A DNA stretch of 64,000 nucleotides from the human T2T-CHM13v2.0 reference genome, Homo sapiens. The DNA is taken from the NCBI RefSeq assembly GCF_009914755.1, contig NC_060925.1, one strand, 5' to 3'. Below the pieces are notes generated by a model. The model worked only from the letters and a program-made list of their open reading frames with translations. It ran no database searches and was not told the DNA's origin. Below are positions 30,925 to 47,465 of this stretch, piece by piece. The stretch's first letter is position 1, and every line of letters starts with the position of its first letter. Position numbers and translations under genes: made by a program.

Positions 30925-33596
30925 TTATAAAAAACTACCAGTAAACTGTTTTACCAGAGAGCACAGCAAGTAGCAATAGTAAATAACAATAGTTTGTTTT
31001 AAAAGCTTTTAATGTCAGGCATGGTTCTAAATGTATGTATTAACTCCTTTAATCCTTATAATTCTATGAGGTAAAATATTATTATTTCATTTTACAGATG
31101 AAAACACTAAGGTAGAGAAAAGAAAGTCACTCCTCCAAGGTCATTATTCAGCTGGAAAGTAGCAGAGCTGCTGGGATTTGAGCCCAGGCAGTGCTTCCTC
31201 TTAACTCTAGAGTCCATACTCTGATCTGCTATATTATTACGAGCTTTCTAGAATTGAAAGTTCAAAAATAAACTATGTATTTTTCTGTACTGCGAATTCA
31301 AGTGTATCTCAGTTACTTTTTATTTTAAATATCTGCCTCCATATTTTAAAATCATTTTTAAAAGGTATAGTAGACATTTTGACTATTTACTTCGCAATCG
31401 TTCCCTACCTCTCACCACCATCCTTCGTAATCCATAACCATACCTTAATGAATGAACTCTATGCCTACCCTCTAGGGGTGTACATTATGACTTAAGAAAA
31501 TCAACATACTTTCCTGGACACAATGGCTCCAGACTGGGCAGATTACGTAGGCAGCCTAATCATGGTGAAGTTCAGGTTTTCTGTTTAGTAATGTTGGGAG
31601 AGAAGCACTCTGTCTGGATATTTACTATAACCCAAACTGTTACCAGCAATATCCTATGACTATGAGGATTACATGGACACCATAAAGGACACAATAAAGA
31701 ATCAGAAAAAAAAATGGGTCCTTGATGATATAACCAAGTTGCTGTAATTGAAGTCCATCTACCTCTGAACATTCAGTTATGAGAGTCAAAATGTCCTCTG
31801 TATATAGCTCAAATCTGTTTAAACTGAGTATTCTATTTCATGCAACTATAAAGCAACCTAACTGATACAAGGGATTGATACAAACATTTCTGCTATGTTT
31901 CTCTTTCATTTATAAGCAATAGAAAAAGAAGAGACACTAAAATTGTCAACTTGTATGACATCTGGAAGCAGCGAATAATACCTGATGAAATTTCAGGAAA
32001 AAAATTTGTTCTACTGTCAGCTATAAAATCTTAATTTAAAGCTGAAAGAAAATATAACAAATTTTGAACTCTTCAAGAAAAATACAAAATCTATAAAATA
32101 CCTACATAATCCTTCATTCACAGGCATTTAATCTTTTAAAATGTATTCCAAGGTGAAAATCTGAAGTCTCTCAAAAATAAATGGAATCATTCCTTATAAA
32201 AATAATCTATTTTATTAGGATTAGTACCATGATAAGTGTTTTTTGGAAGTATGAATACAAAGAATCTGTTTAATTATTTGGTATAGATTAAATGACTAGA
32301 ATTTGGGAGAATGAAAACCATAATTTTATGTCTCACATCATTATGTAAATACTTTGGGAAGTAATAGTTATATATTTTTGTCCTTTTAAAAATTAGTACC
32401 ACTACTGCATGAAAATAATAGGAAAAAGGTTAACTATGTGGTATTGGCTTTAGTAGAAAGTATATTAAGAAAATGGATATAGCAGGTGAAGACGGAAATG
32501 AAATGAAAAAGAACCTTTTTACTTCCAATAATTGATGAATACTTGAGTACTTAAGCAGTTCTCAACTGGGAGGGCTGGGAGTATGGGGACAGTTGGAAAT
32601 GGCTGGGCAGTTTTGGTTGTTCCAAGACTAGGGAGCACTTGAGGATTTAGTAGGTAGGGGGCAAGGAATGGGAAATTCCTACAATGTATGGGAAAGCCCC
32701 ACAAAACAAAAAAACTGTCCCATTCAAAAATGCCAATAGAGCCCCTACTAAGAAACACTAGAAAGTAGAAAGGAGACCAGATATATGCATACCAAAAATG
32801 AATACCAGCACTAAATGCTAGCATCTGTTTCATATTAACTGCGGAGAAAATATGTACTATAGGAACCTAGGTAAAAGAGACATAATGGAGAAGATAAGCT
32901 ATCATGTGTACTCTCACAGATGGCTAGAATATATGGAATAAAAAGACATTCTAGGATTTAGAATGGTGACCAGCCTGGGAACATTTAGTTGAATACATTA
33001 GGAAATAAGGTGGAGAGAGACTATAAAGATCCACATTCAGATATGGATCACTCGTACGAACAGGAAGATTTCCTGCTCAAAGTATGACTCTACCTAAACT
33101 CCCTGGCATGGCAGAGTGGGCCTCTCTCCAGCCTCATCTCCTATCGCTCACCAAACCCCCACTGGTTTTTAGGCACACCAAATTACTTACATTGTGCTAA
33201 CTTTGCTACACTATGCTTTTGCTTCTGATATTCTCACCACCAGAACCATCTTTCCCTCTGTCTAGATAAAAACCTAGAAATAAAAACTATTTCTCATCCT
33301 TAAAAACATGCTCAAATTCTATCTTCTCTAGGAAGTCTTTCCTGTTCCCTGCTCTCAGTGAGTAACACTTCCCTCGAAAGGCTGGGGCAGGGAGTCCTCC
33401 TCTGTGCTACCATACCCCATGAGTACTCCATCACAACACTAACTATACTATGTTTTAAGAGTTTGCAGTCTTGTCTGCCCACTGACTGAACTAATTGAGA
33501 ATAAGGTCATTGACTTATAGGCACACAGATCAGTGGTTTTCAGGTAGAGGTAAACATCAGAATCATCTGGTGCTTTTTAGAAGTAAAGATGTCCTT

Positions 33597-33885
33597 GGCT
33601 GGGCGGGGTAGCTCACACCTGTAATCCCAGCACTTTGGGAGGCTGAGGCGAGCGGATCACTTGAGGTCAGGAAGTCGAGACCAGCCTGGCCAACATGGTG
33701 AAACCCCATCTCTACTAAAAATACAAAAATTAGCCAGGCGTGGTGGGGCTTGCCTGTAATCCTAGCTACTCAGGAGGCTGAGGAAGAAGAATCACTTGAA
33801 CCCAGGAGGTGGAGGGTGCAGTGAGCCGAGATCGTGCCACTGCACTCCAGCCTGGGTGACAGACCGAGACTCCATCTCAAAAAAA
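33597..33885 (+). mobile_element. AluS inside a MER5-like element (~33530-33977)
   Basis: Alu consensus flanked by CAGTGGTTTTCAG ... CTGAAAACCACT inverted ends. Confidence 0.88.
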
Positions 33886-34466
33886 CAAGTTCTGCTGGTC
33901 AAGCCCAGGTATCTATTCTGCATTTTGAAATTGCCTCACAGTTAATTCTGGCATGCACTATAAACTGAAAACCACTAGTCATAAAACTGGTACTATTACT
34001 GTCTCCATCTTACAGATAAGGCAATAGGCACAGGGAAATAAGTAACTTGCCAAGAAAACTTCCTCTCAAAGATTAAATAAAATTTGTTATGTTTAATAAA
34101 AAATAAACATTCAAGAAATATTAACTATATTGTGATTCCTCCTTTAAAAAGCAAATACAACGAAGATGACTTACTCTGTTTTGTTTAATGAGGAATACTT
34201 GAAATGAATTATATTTCCAACTGTCTGGGAAGTAGCAACTTCAAATGAGAGGGGGATAAGAAGGAGTTAACCTCAGGCTACGGAATGGAGTACAGACAGT
34301 ACAAGACTCAAAAATGAGATGACAAATTTCATCTACTGGCAATGCTGCCTCTGGCCAATTGAGATATCTCTGAGCTAATGACTTTTGTGGGCACAGAAGC
34401 TTAAAGGATTCTAAGTAGCTGACCATTATGGTGAGAACAAGTTTTAGAGAGGTGTATCTAACAGAT

Positions 34467-34955
34467 AGGCTGGGTACACTGGCTCACGCCTGTAATCCCA
34501 GCACTTTGGGAGGCCGAGGCAGGCGGATCACCTGAGGCCAGGAGCCTGGCCAACACGGTGAAATCCCAGCTCTACTAAAAATATATAAATTAGCAGAGCG
34601 TGGTGGTGCAAGCCTGTAGTCTCAGCTCCCTGAGAGGCGGACGCACAAGAATCATTTGAACCCAAGAGGCGGAGATTGCAGAGCGCTAAGATCACGCCAC
34701 TAACTACAGCCTGGGTGACAGAGTAAGACTCTGTCTCAACGCCGGGTATGGTGGTTCATGCCTGTAATCCCAGCACTTTAGGAGGCCAAAGCGGGTGGAT
34801 TACCTGAGGTCAGGAGTTCAAGACCAGCCTGGCCAACACGGTGAAACCCTGCCTCTAGTAAAAATACAAAAATTAGCCAAGTTTGGTGGCGCGCACCTAT
34901 AATCCCAGCTTCTCAGGAGGCTGAGGCAGGAGAATCGCTTGAACCCGGGAGGCAG
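34467..34955 (+). mobile_element. Two fused Alus (first tail-less, second 3'-truncated)
   Basis: ...CTGTCTCAAC joined directly to GCCGGGTATGGTGG; second stops at GGGAGGCAGA. Confidence 0.88.
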
Positions 34956-35762
34956 ATGGGGTTCTTCAACAGTCCAGAGTGAGGTAAGAAGGGCCTGCAT
35001 AGGACACTACAGCTGATAAATGCTGCGGTCAAGGAGGCAGTAAGAAAGGGACACATTTTAGAGGCATATCACAAAGGATGGACTTGGTGACTGGGAAAAG
35101 GCTTCCTTAACTGAATCAGTTCGGGAACCTCAAGATGATCGAGTGTTTGGCTTTACATTTCTATGAATGCTGGCTAATTATTGCTGTGGAAAGTTACACC
35201 CTCTGTGATGCTGTGTCACAAGAACTCCCTTACCACTGTCTGCATGGCTGCAGTAAGTAGAGGCCCAATTGGGGAACCATTAGGATTCTATTCTTCCACA
35301 CTATTTTTCTAAATCCTTGCTGTTGTTCTGAAATTCTTCCATCAAACCATATCAAAGCTATTATGGCAGAGAAACCACAGAGCTGTCAATCAGTTGACAA
35401 GTCTGTACTGGGCACCTATTATATAATCCCCCAAAGCTCACAGCAAAATCCACTTGTCTCCTCATGACCACAACTGCTAAACCCATCATTTCATTTTCCT
35501 TTACTCTTTTCTAAAGCCAATTTGCAGCAAAGTACAAACCTATACTACTTATATTTATAGGATACCATGTTAAAAAAAAAAAAAAGTCCTGTGCTTTTAG
35601 AAGTACATTACCACATAACTGTTTAAGGAAAAAAGTGCTACTGACATTAATACAGGGGTAAATAGGTATATTACTGCAATATAATAAGGATGATGTAATT
35701 TTATCCAAAGAACAAAAAGTAATTTTTTGAATTCATAAAAGCTTTGTTATTTCTTTACAAGA

Positions 35763-35777
35763 GGGACACCTAGTGGC
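35763..35777 (-). promoter_or_regulatory. Candidate CTCF motif
   Basis: GCCACTAGGTGTCCC versus consensus CCASYAGRKGGCRS. Confidence 0.4.
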
Positions 35778-36687
35778 TTGCTTCTAAAACAGATTGAAGC
35801 TCTTAAATATTAAGTTGTTTAGTAATAGGCGCACCTCTATTATCTTCATACTGTAAGTAAAAGACAGACACACAAACACAGAGCTAAAGAACCCTAGTTC
35901 AAAAGAATAAATTGAAAAGTTACGGACTTTCAGTTCTAAGCTGTTAGTGGTAGAAGAATGGTAAGCAGAAGAACTGGATTGTTAAGAACTGAGGGCCAAT
36001 ATCATTTGGAGACAAATGTGGGGATAAGAAGGTCAAAAATTGGGTCCATTTCTGAGGAAATGGGTGGTTAGTCCACACAAAAGAGTCCAAGCAGACAGCA
36101 GTACCAGACTTACACAACTTCAGATACTGGGATTATTTACACAGATGAGAAGTGTTCTAAATTACTGAAGAAAAAAAGGAAGCTTACAACGTGAGTGAGT
36201 AAGTAATACAATTCTGTCTAAAAGATGAGAAAGATTTGGGAAAGAAACAGAGGTTCCAGGGAAAAATAAACTAAAAAACAAACAGTGCATAGACTAAAAA
36301 TATGATTAATTAGACAACTGAGGAGGGAAAGTGACTTGGACAATATAGCTGAACAAGTTACTTGGAATGTAGCAAAGACAAAGAAATTAAGATAACTTAC
36401 TACTTTTCCAGAATTGTCATATTTAGACAGCAGAACAAATCTCAAGGAATAAAAATAAAAAGAAATAGCACTGCAACACACATCATAGAAACTGCAGAAC
36501 TCCAAAGACAATATTGAATATTTTCAAAGCAATCAGAAGAGAAAAGAAGGAAGACTATGTATAAAACAACACTGTTCTCAATAGTGGCAAAAGAAGTGAG
36601 AAGTCAACGGAATATATAAATTAACTGAGTTCTAAAATAAATGTCAACTTAAGATATTTCATATGAAGCTAAACTATCATTCAAAAG

Positions 36688-36815
36688 GGGCTGGGCGTGG
36701 GGGCTGATGCCTGTAATCCCAGTACTTTGGGAAGCCGAGGTGGGAGGACTGCTTGAGGCCAGGAGTTCAAGACTAGCCTGGGCAACACAGCAAGATGCTG
36801 ACTCTATTTTTTAAA
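36688..36815 (+). mobile_element. Alu left monomer (FLAM)
   Basis: Left-arm consensus only. Confidence 0.8.
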
Positions 36816-37246
36816 AAGTAAAAAACAGATAAACAAAAAACAAAAGTAAGAGTGAGCTGTCTGACTATATATGAAATTTTAAAACAGGCAAAAGAAATGT
36901 ACAGGGGGAAAAAAGGACAGGCTGTCTCTAAGGAAGAGAGGAAATGACAAGAAAAGTCTTTCTGGGGTGATGGTAATGTTCTATTTATTCACAGGCACTG
37001 GATTATACAGGTGCATGTATTTGTCAAAACTCAGCAAATGTACATACTTAAGATTTGTGCATTTCATTACGTGTAAATTTTACATCAACAGACAAAAATG
37101 CAAACTACGGAACTCTAGTTAACGATGCTTAAGTATTCAGGGCCCAGTAGAGGGATGCCTGCATTTAATCTGAAATGCACCAAAAATAAAATGGGTTAAT
37201 GGATGGATAAATATCTGATAAAGCAATTATTGTAAAATATTGATGA

Positions 37247-37612
<366 letters not shown>

Positions 37613-37835
37613 TCAAATTTTTCATAATAAAATATGGGAAAAAACTTTAAATAGGTAAAACTAATCTATAAAATTCAAAGTTAGGGGAAATAGGAAACTT
37701 GGGAGGAGGTGGTAGGTATTCCCATAGGGGGCAGTAAAGACTTCTGGGGTGCTGGTAATGTTTTTGATCTTGGTACATTAATGATTTGTGTGCTTTTTTG
37801 GTATGTACTGTATTTCCATTAAAAAATGAAAATAA

Positions 37836-38130
37836 GATGGGCACAGTGGCGCACATCTGTAATCCCAGCACTTTGGGAGGCTGAGGTGGGTGGACTGCCT
37901 GAGCTCAGGAGATCAAGACCACACTGGGCAACATGGCAAAACTTCCTCTCTACTAAAACACAAAAAAATTAGCTGGCATGGTGGCAGGCACCTACAGTCC
38001 CAGCTACTGGGGAGGCTGAGGCAAGAGAATTGCTTGAACCCAGAAGATGGAGGTTGCAGAGAGAAGACTGAGATTGCACCACTGCACTCCAGCCTGGGTG
38101 ACAGATGGAGACCCTGTCTCCAAAAAAAAA
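37836..38130 (+). mobile_element. AluS/J
   Basis: Alu consensus with A tail. Confidence 0.9.
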
Positions 38131-38607
38131 GATGAAATAAAGATATTTTAAGACAAAAACTGAAAAAGCATATTTTTATGAGACTGTCACTAAAGAAATC
38201 TTAAAAAGGAGAACAAAATGATCCTAAAAAGGTCTGAAAAAATGTTTAAAAAGGAACAAAAATACTGGTATATATGTGGGTAGATTATACTTTTGTCCAT
38301 TTTACTGATGAGGAAAATGAGATATAGAGTTAAAGCCACAAAACTAGTAAACATCAGAGCTGGCATTTGAAGCCACTATATTTTGTTCAGCTTCAGAAAA
38401 AAACAAATAATTGATTAAAAGAAACAGAGATCAAAGAGACATTTCTCCCATGGTTATATACTTGGAGACCACTGGTTAGAGTAACATGTAATGCCCTTAA
38501 AGAAAGTTCAGCAAGATTCTAAGAGCTATTTCTTAGCATGTCCTTAATCAACATTAACAGCTTCAGTCCAAACTCTACTACCAGAGGGGACAAAACAACA
38601 TGGTTCA

Positions 38608-39016
<409 letters not shown>

Positions 39017-39581
39017 TTATTAACTGCATTTTTTTTTTTTTTTAGAGACAGGGTCTCACTCTGTCGCCCAGGCTGGAATGTAACGGTGCAATCATGGCAT
39101 TCACCATCACACCTAGCTAATTTTTAAATTTTCTGTGGAGATGGCATCTTGCTTTAGAAACACCAATTTAAAGTGAGCTTCCTAATCTTTCAGACAATTG
39201 TTTTAAACTCCAATTCTTTTTTTTCACTGAACATGTCATGGATAGTATTCCATGACAATACTTCTACGTCTAATTGTTTTTGCTTAATGGCTGCATGGAA
39301 TTCCATGGTATGAAGGTGCCATCATTTACTTAACTCAGTCCATACTGAAGGATACTTTAGGTTGGTGCCAGTTTTTACACTACTAAAAACAATACTGCAA
39401 TAGATATATGTGTACATATATCTCCTGACTATAGATCATCTACAAATACGTTTGTAGGCTAAATTCCTTGAGTACTTACTTATAACATTTTAAGATGTAA
39501 TATACATTTTATACAATAAAATATATAACATTCTGAGAAACATTACCAAATTGCCTTCTAAAAATGACTGTACCAATTTAA

Positions 39582-40017
<436 letters not shown>

Positions 40018-43000
40018 AACCATCTATTCTTATCCTCTGCCCCTTTCCTAATTAGTTGCTAGTCTTTTTTTCTTAATAATGCATAAGCACTCTGTGTCAT
40101 ATATGTTAAAGACTTTTTTGGTCCAGTCTTTTCACTTTATTATGGTCTTTTTTGCCATGCAAATTTAGTTATTATTTTCCTTTTGGCTTCTGGATGGGAT
40201 GTTTCTTCTCTTCAAGATTATGAAAATATTCCAGTATTTTTATTTCATTTTAAGATTTTGATCCACCTGGATGTTATTTAGTAAAAGATTCAGCATTTCC
40301 TCTCAAATGGCAAGCTGTTTCAACTCTATTTATTGAATAAGCAATTATTTGTACTAATTTGAAATGTTACCTTGATCATATACCAGCAAACCAAATATAC
40401 TATTTATTTTCTATGATCTAGTTACAGATTTCTAGGCCAACACCATAAAACTACTATAATTTCATAAATTTTAATGAGTCCAGCCTCATCATTCTTTTTT
40501 CAGATTTTTCCAGGCACCTCTGCCATGTTATTCTTCAAAATAAACTTCAGTTATTTATGAACTGTCTTATTAATAAATAACAACAAACAAAATCCCATTG
40601 ATATTCTGACTAGGATTGCATCAGACTTAAAAGATCACTTAAGAAACAATATTGAGCTTTTTAAGAATATGGCACTTTTTTCCATTTATTCAAATCTTTT
40701 AAGTCATTCAGGAGAATTTACATTTTCTTCATATAGGTCTTTCATATTTCTTTCAACAGATTTGATTAGTACTGGGTGAAAGTGAACATAAAGCTATAGA
40801 CCCTACAAAGAGGTGAGGTAAAGGAATTACCTCTGAAAAAGCCACTATTTTAAAGTAGCTTGGGATCTACTCCAAAATAAGGAGGAGAGCCAACATTTCC
40901 TTATCAAGCTTCTCTATTTTTAACAGAGAATGTCAACCTTGCTTGGGCTCAACTTACATAAGCCTCCCTGAACTGAACTTTATTGATTACAGCTATCCAC
41001 TGTGGTACTCCTGCAAATTCCTCTAAAATAGTCCTCTAAAATTCATCCTCATTGCATCTATTTTTGACTTCACAGACTTCACCTCACTTTGACTATTCAG
41101 TGAAAATTGCAGTACTTATTCTTAGAAAAATTCACACATCACATAATTTCACATATAATTTTAGGAGAGTCAGTGAAAATGCCTGCCATAAAGGGTGTCT
41201 GGATTAGAATGAACCTATCCCAGTCAGCTGCTACAATCACCTTCTGATAGGTCTACAGAGTAATTCAGGTACAATGGTACATTCATCACACTTCATATGC
41301 GGGCTTTTACATTTAAAACTTTTTTTAAAAAAAATAAATGTAGACTTTATAGAAAAGTTACAAAAACAGTACAAAAGATTCTTCATTCAGATTCCTCAAA
41401 AGTGAAAACATGTAAATTTTAAGCGACATCAACTTGAGATTTTGACTATATTGCAACTCAAGTTGCTTAAACAAGCAATCAATTTAATACCTAGGGAGTA
41501 TTAATAATCTTAGGACAAGACCAACTTCTCATATCAACAATTCCAAAATCTCCAAAACTGAAAGATTTTTAACTCCTTCAGCAGCAAAACCTAACTGAAT
41601 AAATCTATAGTCATTATTTACCCATTATAAGGTAAACATTTATAGGTTTCACTGCACAAATAGTACTGTTTGATTACACAGTGCTATCCCAGACCTATGA
41701 GGGGTGAATGGAATATACAGTAAATGTGGCATATTCCTAAGGATTTCAGTGAAGGGAATGTAAATTTTCATTGTCACTGTATATTATTTAGTATGTGCCA
41801 GGTACTACTTTAGTTGGTATTAAAATTTCATTTAATCCTCTCAATAACCTGGTAAGTCAGATTTTGCCCAAGGTCACCTAATGTATAATCAAATAGTAGA
41901 GACAACATGAAAATTTACATTTATCAGAGTCAAAGCTATAACCAACTTTTGAAAAGTTAATAGAAAAAAGTATTGAAAACTAGTCTCTTAGAATACTGGG
42001 GGCATGGGAGCTGAACAGAATTCTTTGAAAAAATTTCATTTCCCCTTCTTCCCTCTTTCCAGCAAATACCATTGCAATCATCTAAAACCTTGCTCATTTT
42101 CATATGAACAGCTGATAAGACACAAATATCTCAAACAAAGTAACTCTTAAATGTCTATTTTTTCCTCTTAAAGGTGAAGTATAAAACACCAGAATCCTGA
42201 TTCTGTCTACATTATGTTAATTATCTGGACCAAGAAAAGATTAGAACTATACATTCAATAAGTACATCTTCTGTATTTATGTAAATCAGTGGTTTTCAAA
42301 TGGGGGTGATTCTGCCTCCTGCAGTGGACATCTGGCAATGTCTTAACAAGAAATTAAAAATCCAAGAGCTCAACCTCTCTAATAAAGCTGCCCACAAAAA
42401 AATTTGGTAATATTCAACAAAAGTTAAGGTATAACTAAAATAGGCACTCATACTTTCTTGATGAAAGTACAAAGTGGTAATGTTTTATGGAGACAATGTA
42501 GAGTTTTTCTCAAAAGTTTAAATACATTGTACTCTCTAATCCAGTAATTCCGCTTTCTAGGAATTGATCCTACAAAAAAAAGTCAGGTAAGCACACAAAA
42601 CAATTTGTTCAAGGCTGTTTAATACCGTGTTATGTATAATAATTAAAAACAAGACATAAAATAAATGTTCATGAATATCGGAATAATTAAATGAAATGAG
42701 ATATAGTCAAAGGTGGAATACCCTATTTAAAAATAATGAGGCAGATTTGCATTAACAAGAAAAGAGGTTCACAATGTATTGCTAAATGGAAAATCTAGCT
42801 GCAGGAAAAAAGGAGGTGCATTTATTCATAAAAAATTAATGTTTAACTTGAGCAGAGTCATGTCACTTTATATAGTTTTAAGTATTTTATATTATGTTTT
42901 ACTTTATTAGATGAAAAAAGGAGAAAACATGATTAGAAGGAAATGTTACGAAATTTTATTAGTGGTCAACTCTAGATAGTGGAATTATAGGTGATATTTT

Positions 43001-43598
43001 TCCTTTAAACTTTTTAATGATACAGATGTATTATTTTTACAATAGCTACTATAAACTGATTCCTTCCCACATGCCAGTTACTGCCTATGTGAATTAATAC
43101 ACTAAAAGGCCACAACTCTACAAGGTAGCTATCATGAGCTCCATTTTGCAGACGGTAAAAGACTAAGAAATGGATTCTAAAGCCTATTAGTACATACTAT
43201 GTTGCTAATCTCCTCCTGGGAAACACTAAAAATGTAAGAAAACTGATCACAAATCTCTATAAATTTATGAGCAAAAGACTTATGCAAGAAGAATCTGATT
43301 TGCCATTTCAGAGACCCGGGGAGTTTCAAAACAACCAAAAATATATTAAACCTGGAAAATATACTGAGTGTAATATTCTCGGTAAAAACTTCCCGCATAC
43401 ATTCATGTATCTACAGACACAAAAATGTTATACTTGAGGCCATCTGCTTTTCATTACTGAGAACTAATCTCTGATTACAATCATTCTGAATAGTTTCTTT
43501 CATAAAACAGGAACACATTTTGTATTTGAGAAAGCACTAACCAGTTACCATAAACTTCTAACCAGTTACCATAAACTTCAAATTATGTCAATTTCTAA

Positions 43599-44030
<432 letters not shown>

Positions 44031-44790
44031 TAGAAGCTTCACTAGAATAATGATAATTCTGATGGCTTTGTCTTTTCAATTTTTGGAAGAGTACAACTGG
44101 AAAGGCTCTGTAGTTTACCCGGGTCAACTCCCCACATCATACAACTGGGGCCCAGAGAAAGGAAGTTGATTTGTTCAAGGCCCCACAGTTACTAAGAGGC
44201 TGAAAAGGGAGGGACTCCCTCAAGTTTTTAAAAATTCTAAATCCAAAATCTTGACTTCTGAAAGGTATTATCTGATAATTTAGTTGGCTACTTAAAGAAC
44301 TTTGGGATCCTGTTCTCTTCTGTACTCTTGGGGCCTTTTCAACCCAACATTTTCAGACAGCAGCAAACTAATCTCTGTTATATTATCTGTACTCAAGAGT
44401 TCAAAGTCCCCTTCTTCTACATTGACAGCTTTTAATTGAAATCTTATTTGGAAACCCAGTGGAGAAAGAAAATAAAAGCAGAGCTGCCTTGATTAAAACA
44501 GTACAGGCGTCCTGTTTTTACTCGTTTTGTCCTGGAAGCCCCTGAAATACTTTCTTGGTATCTTAGTTCTCAAAGAAACAGTTTATTTCTAATGTATGAG
44601 AGTGTTCCAGGGCGCTGCTACTCAAAATATGTTTCTCAAACAATGAGCATCATTGAGGAGCTTGTTAGAAATGCCCAATATCAAACTCCAACCCAGGCCT
44701 ACTGAAAAATCACAACAAGCATACTTAACAAGATGCCTAGGTGACTGGTATGCACATTAATGTTTGAGAAGCTTCTCAAATGATATGAAG

Positions 44791-44818
44791 ACACACACAC
44801 ACACACACACGCACACAC
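44791..44818. repeat. (CA)n microsatellite
   Basis: ACACAC run with one GC interruption. Confidence 0.95.
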
Positions 44819-45001
44819 TGCAAACCCAAATTTTTATTAGAGTTACATGACATACAATTACTACAGTTATCTTGTCATGGACCAATAACAAACAGTTTAC
44901 AGAACCACACTTGGGGTAGCAATGCTCTATAGCAACCAAACCTTAAAGAATGATCCTGATCAAATCAGAATACCTGATATACTAAAAAGTTAGAAACTTA
45001 C

Positions 45002-45105
45002 TTCTTATCAAAAAAGGTTGAATTCTCCTTCCTCTTGGTGAATCCATTGGGTAGAAGTTTTAAGTTAATACCTTGCCTCCGGGCACGATTTTTCATAAAG
45101 TACAT
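45002..45105 (-). CDS. ZNHIT6: ZNHIT6 exon 5 ([34 protein letters not shown])
   Basis: TTGTTAG| acceptor, |GTAAGT donor, 104 nt, frame continues. Confidence 0.96.
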
Positions 45106-46199
45106 CTAACAACAAAAATCAAACAGACAAATTAATTTTTAAATTCCTTAAATTTAAAAAGTGAGTAAAACAATGTTCAATAATAGTTAAGATTTACTGA
45201 GAACCTAAGTGTTACAACAGCTCTAAGCAGTAATCTCATGTAATCTTCACCATGATACTATGAGAATAGGTACTATCATCTCCACTTTAGCAATAAAAAT
45301 TAGTGAGATCCCAACATCATACAGCTATCCCAGAGAGATAGAACCTGTATTCAAACCCTGGTCTGTCTAATTCCAGAGCTTGTGTTTCTAACCATATGTT
45401 CTGTGAGCCAAAGAAGAATTTAATGGAGATTAAACAAACAAAAACACAGGTCATTTGGCAATCACGGGGGCTACCTACACAATTCTTGATTTCTTTTACC
45501 GATGGTTTTACCAGTTAGCTGTATATATATATCACTGATTTTATTACTAGACAGCTCACTCAAGGGAAGAGCCAAGGCATTGCCTAGTACAAGGCCTAGC
45601 TTAAAGTAACCACTGTTGTGGGAAGCACAAAATGGGATATGAGAACATTCTGGCTCTGACATGTGTTATTACATTGACCACCTGGGTTGATTAAGCTAAA
45701 CTGGGCAATTCCAGAGTTATGAAGGAAGTAATACCAGATTTTTATTAAGTCAAGGAAGAAGAAAGATCACTCAAATAAGAGGCAAAATATAAACGCAAGT
45801 TTTTTGTTAAGTGAATAGGGATCTAGAATTTGCAATGTAAACAGTCAGAATCAAGTCCATAAGCCAAGGAAAGGATGGGTCAGCTATCATTGGCTAAGTA
45901 GGAAACTGTTTTAAGAAATTACATGTAATTTTATAATTTAGAGGACTTTAGTTTCAGTAATGGTAGTGATAATTATAATAATTCTAATAGCAGTGACCAA
46001 CCCTCCTAATATACCTTCAGGATAAGGGTGAACCAGAAACAATCTCTACTTTTAGAGCAAGCTAGGAAACTTGTATGGTTACACTGAAACAGAGGAAAAA
46101 AGAAAAAAAATCCATTAGCAGTTATGGCTATGGACCATCCCTTGCTTAGATTTGCAATTATTTTGCCTTGAAAACAGCACTGAATAGCCATACTCTAGA

Positions 46200-47465
46200 A
46201 AAAAAGTGGGAGGACTTAATCAGATAACAAGTTTCAGTAAAAAACCACAATAATTCAGAGAGCATAGTATTGGTGCAGGATATACCAGTAGGCCAACAGA
46301 ATGGAAAAGACAAGGCCACAAAATGACCCAAGCATATAGGGATGCTGATATATGACAAAGGTGGTCCTACAGAGCAATAGGGAAAGGATGAACTTTCCAA
46401 TAAATGGTGCTGGGAAAAGTGGATTATCTATATGAAAAATTAAATGGGAACTCCTCTGTATATGATACCAAAAATCAATTCCAGTTAAAGACATAAGTGT
46501 AAAACACAACAGTATAAAGCTTTTAGGCAATAACTATAAAAGAATAACTTCCTAACTTCAAGGTAGAGATGGATTTCTTTATAAACATATAAACCTACTA
46601 ACTATAAAGGAAACAAATGATAAATTTGACTACATTAAAACTAAGAACATCCATTCACCACAAGACACTATAAAATGAAAAGACAAGACAAAGACTAGAA
46701 GAAGGTATTTATAACATACAACCAACTTGCACTAGCATCCAAGAAATACCAAGAATTCTCACAAACCAGTAAGAAAAATAAAGCTGACCAATGAAAAGAT
46801 GAGCAAAAGACTTGAACAGGCACTGCATAAAAGAGGAAATCCAAATGGCCAATAAAGTATTTGAAAGGTGGTTCAATCTCATCAGGAATTAAAGAACTGC
46901 ACATTTAAAACCACAATAAAATTACAAAGCCAACAGATTGACAAAAATTTTTAAAGTCTTACCAAACTAAGTATTGGCGAGAATATGACAATAGGTACAT
47001 TCATACACTATTGGTGAGAGTGTAAACTAGTACAATCACTTTGGAAAATGTTTTGGTAACATCTAGGCAAATTGAAGATATGCATACCACACAACAAAGC
47101 AATTCTATTCCCAGGTATAAACCCTAGAAACACATGTTCACACACATACTATAATTCATAGACAAAAGTAGTGGCATTGTTTCTAAACTGTTTTTTATTC
47201 TTACAGAAAATCCAAAATCCATAAAAAAAATGCGTAAACAAATTGTGGTACAGTCCTAAGATAGAAAAAAATATAAAGAAATGAGAAAAGATCAGGGAAG
47301 GGCATAAAAGGGTGGCATGGAACTTCTGGGAAGCCAGTAATGTTCTAATTCTAGATTGGGGTGGTAGTTAAATGAATATTCATTTTATAATTATTCATTA
47401 TACTGTGTATTTCCATTTTGTGATGTTTAGAAAATATACTTGCTATATTTCACAATTTAAAAAAA
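46200..47465 (+). mobile_element. Old L1M ORF2 3' part / 3'UTR
   Basis: AATAAATGGTGCTGGGAAAAGTGG, CCAAATGGCCAATAAA, GTGTAAACTAGTACAATCACTTTGGAAAA. Confidence 0.75.
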
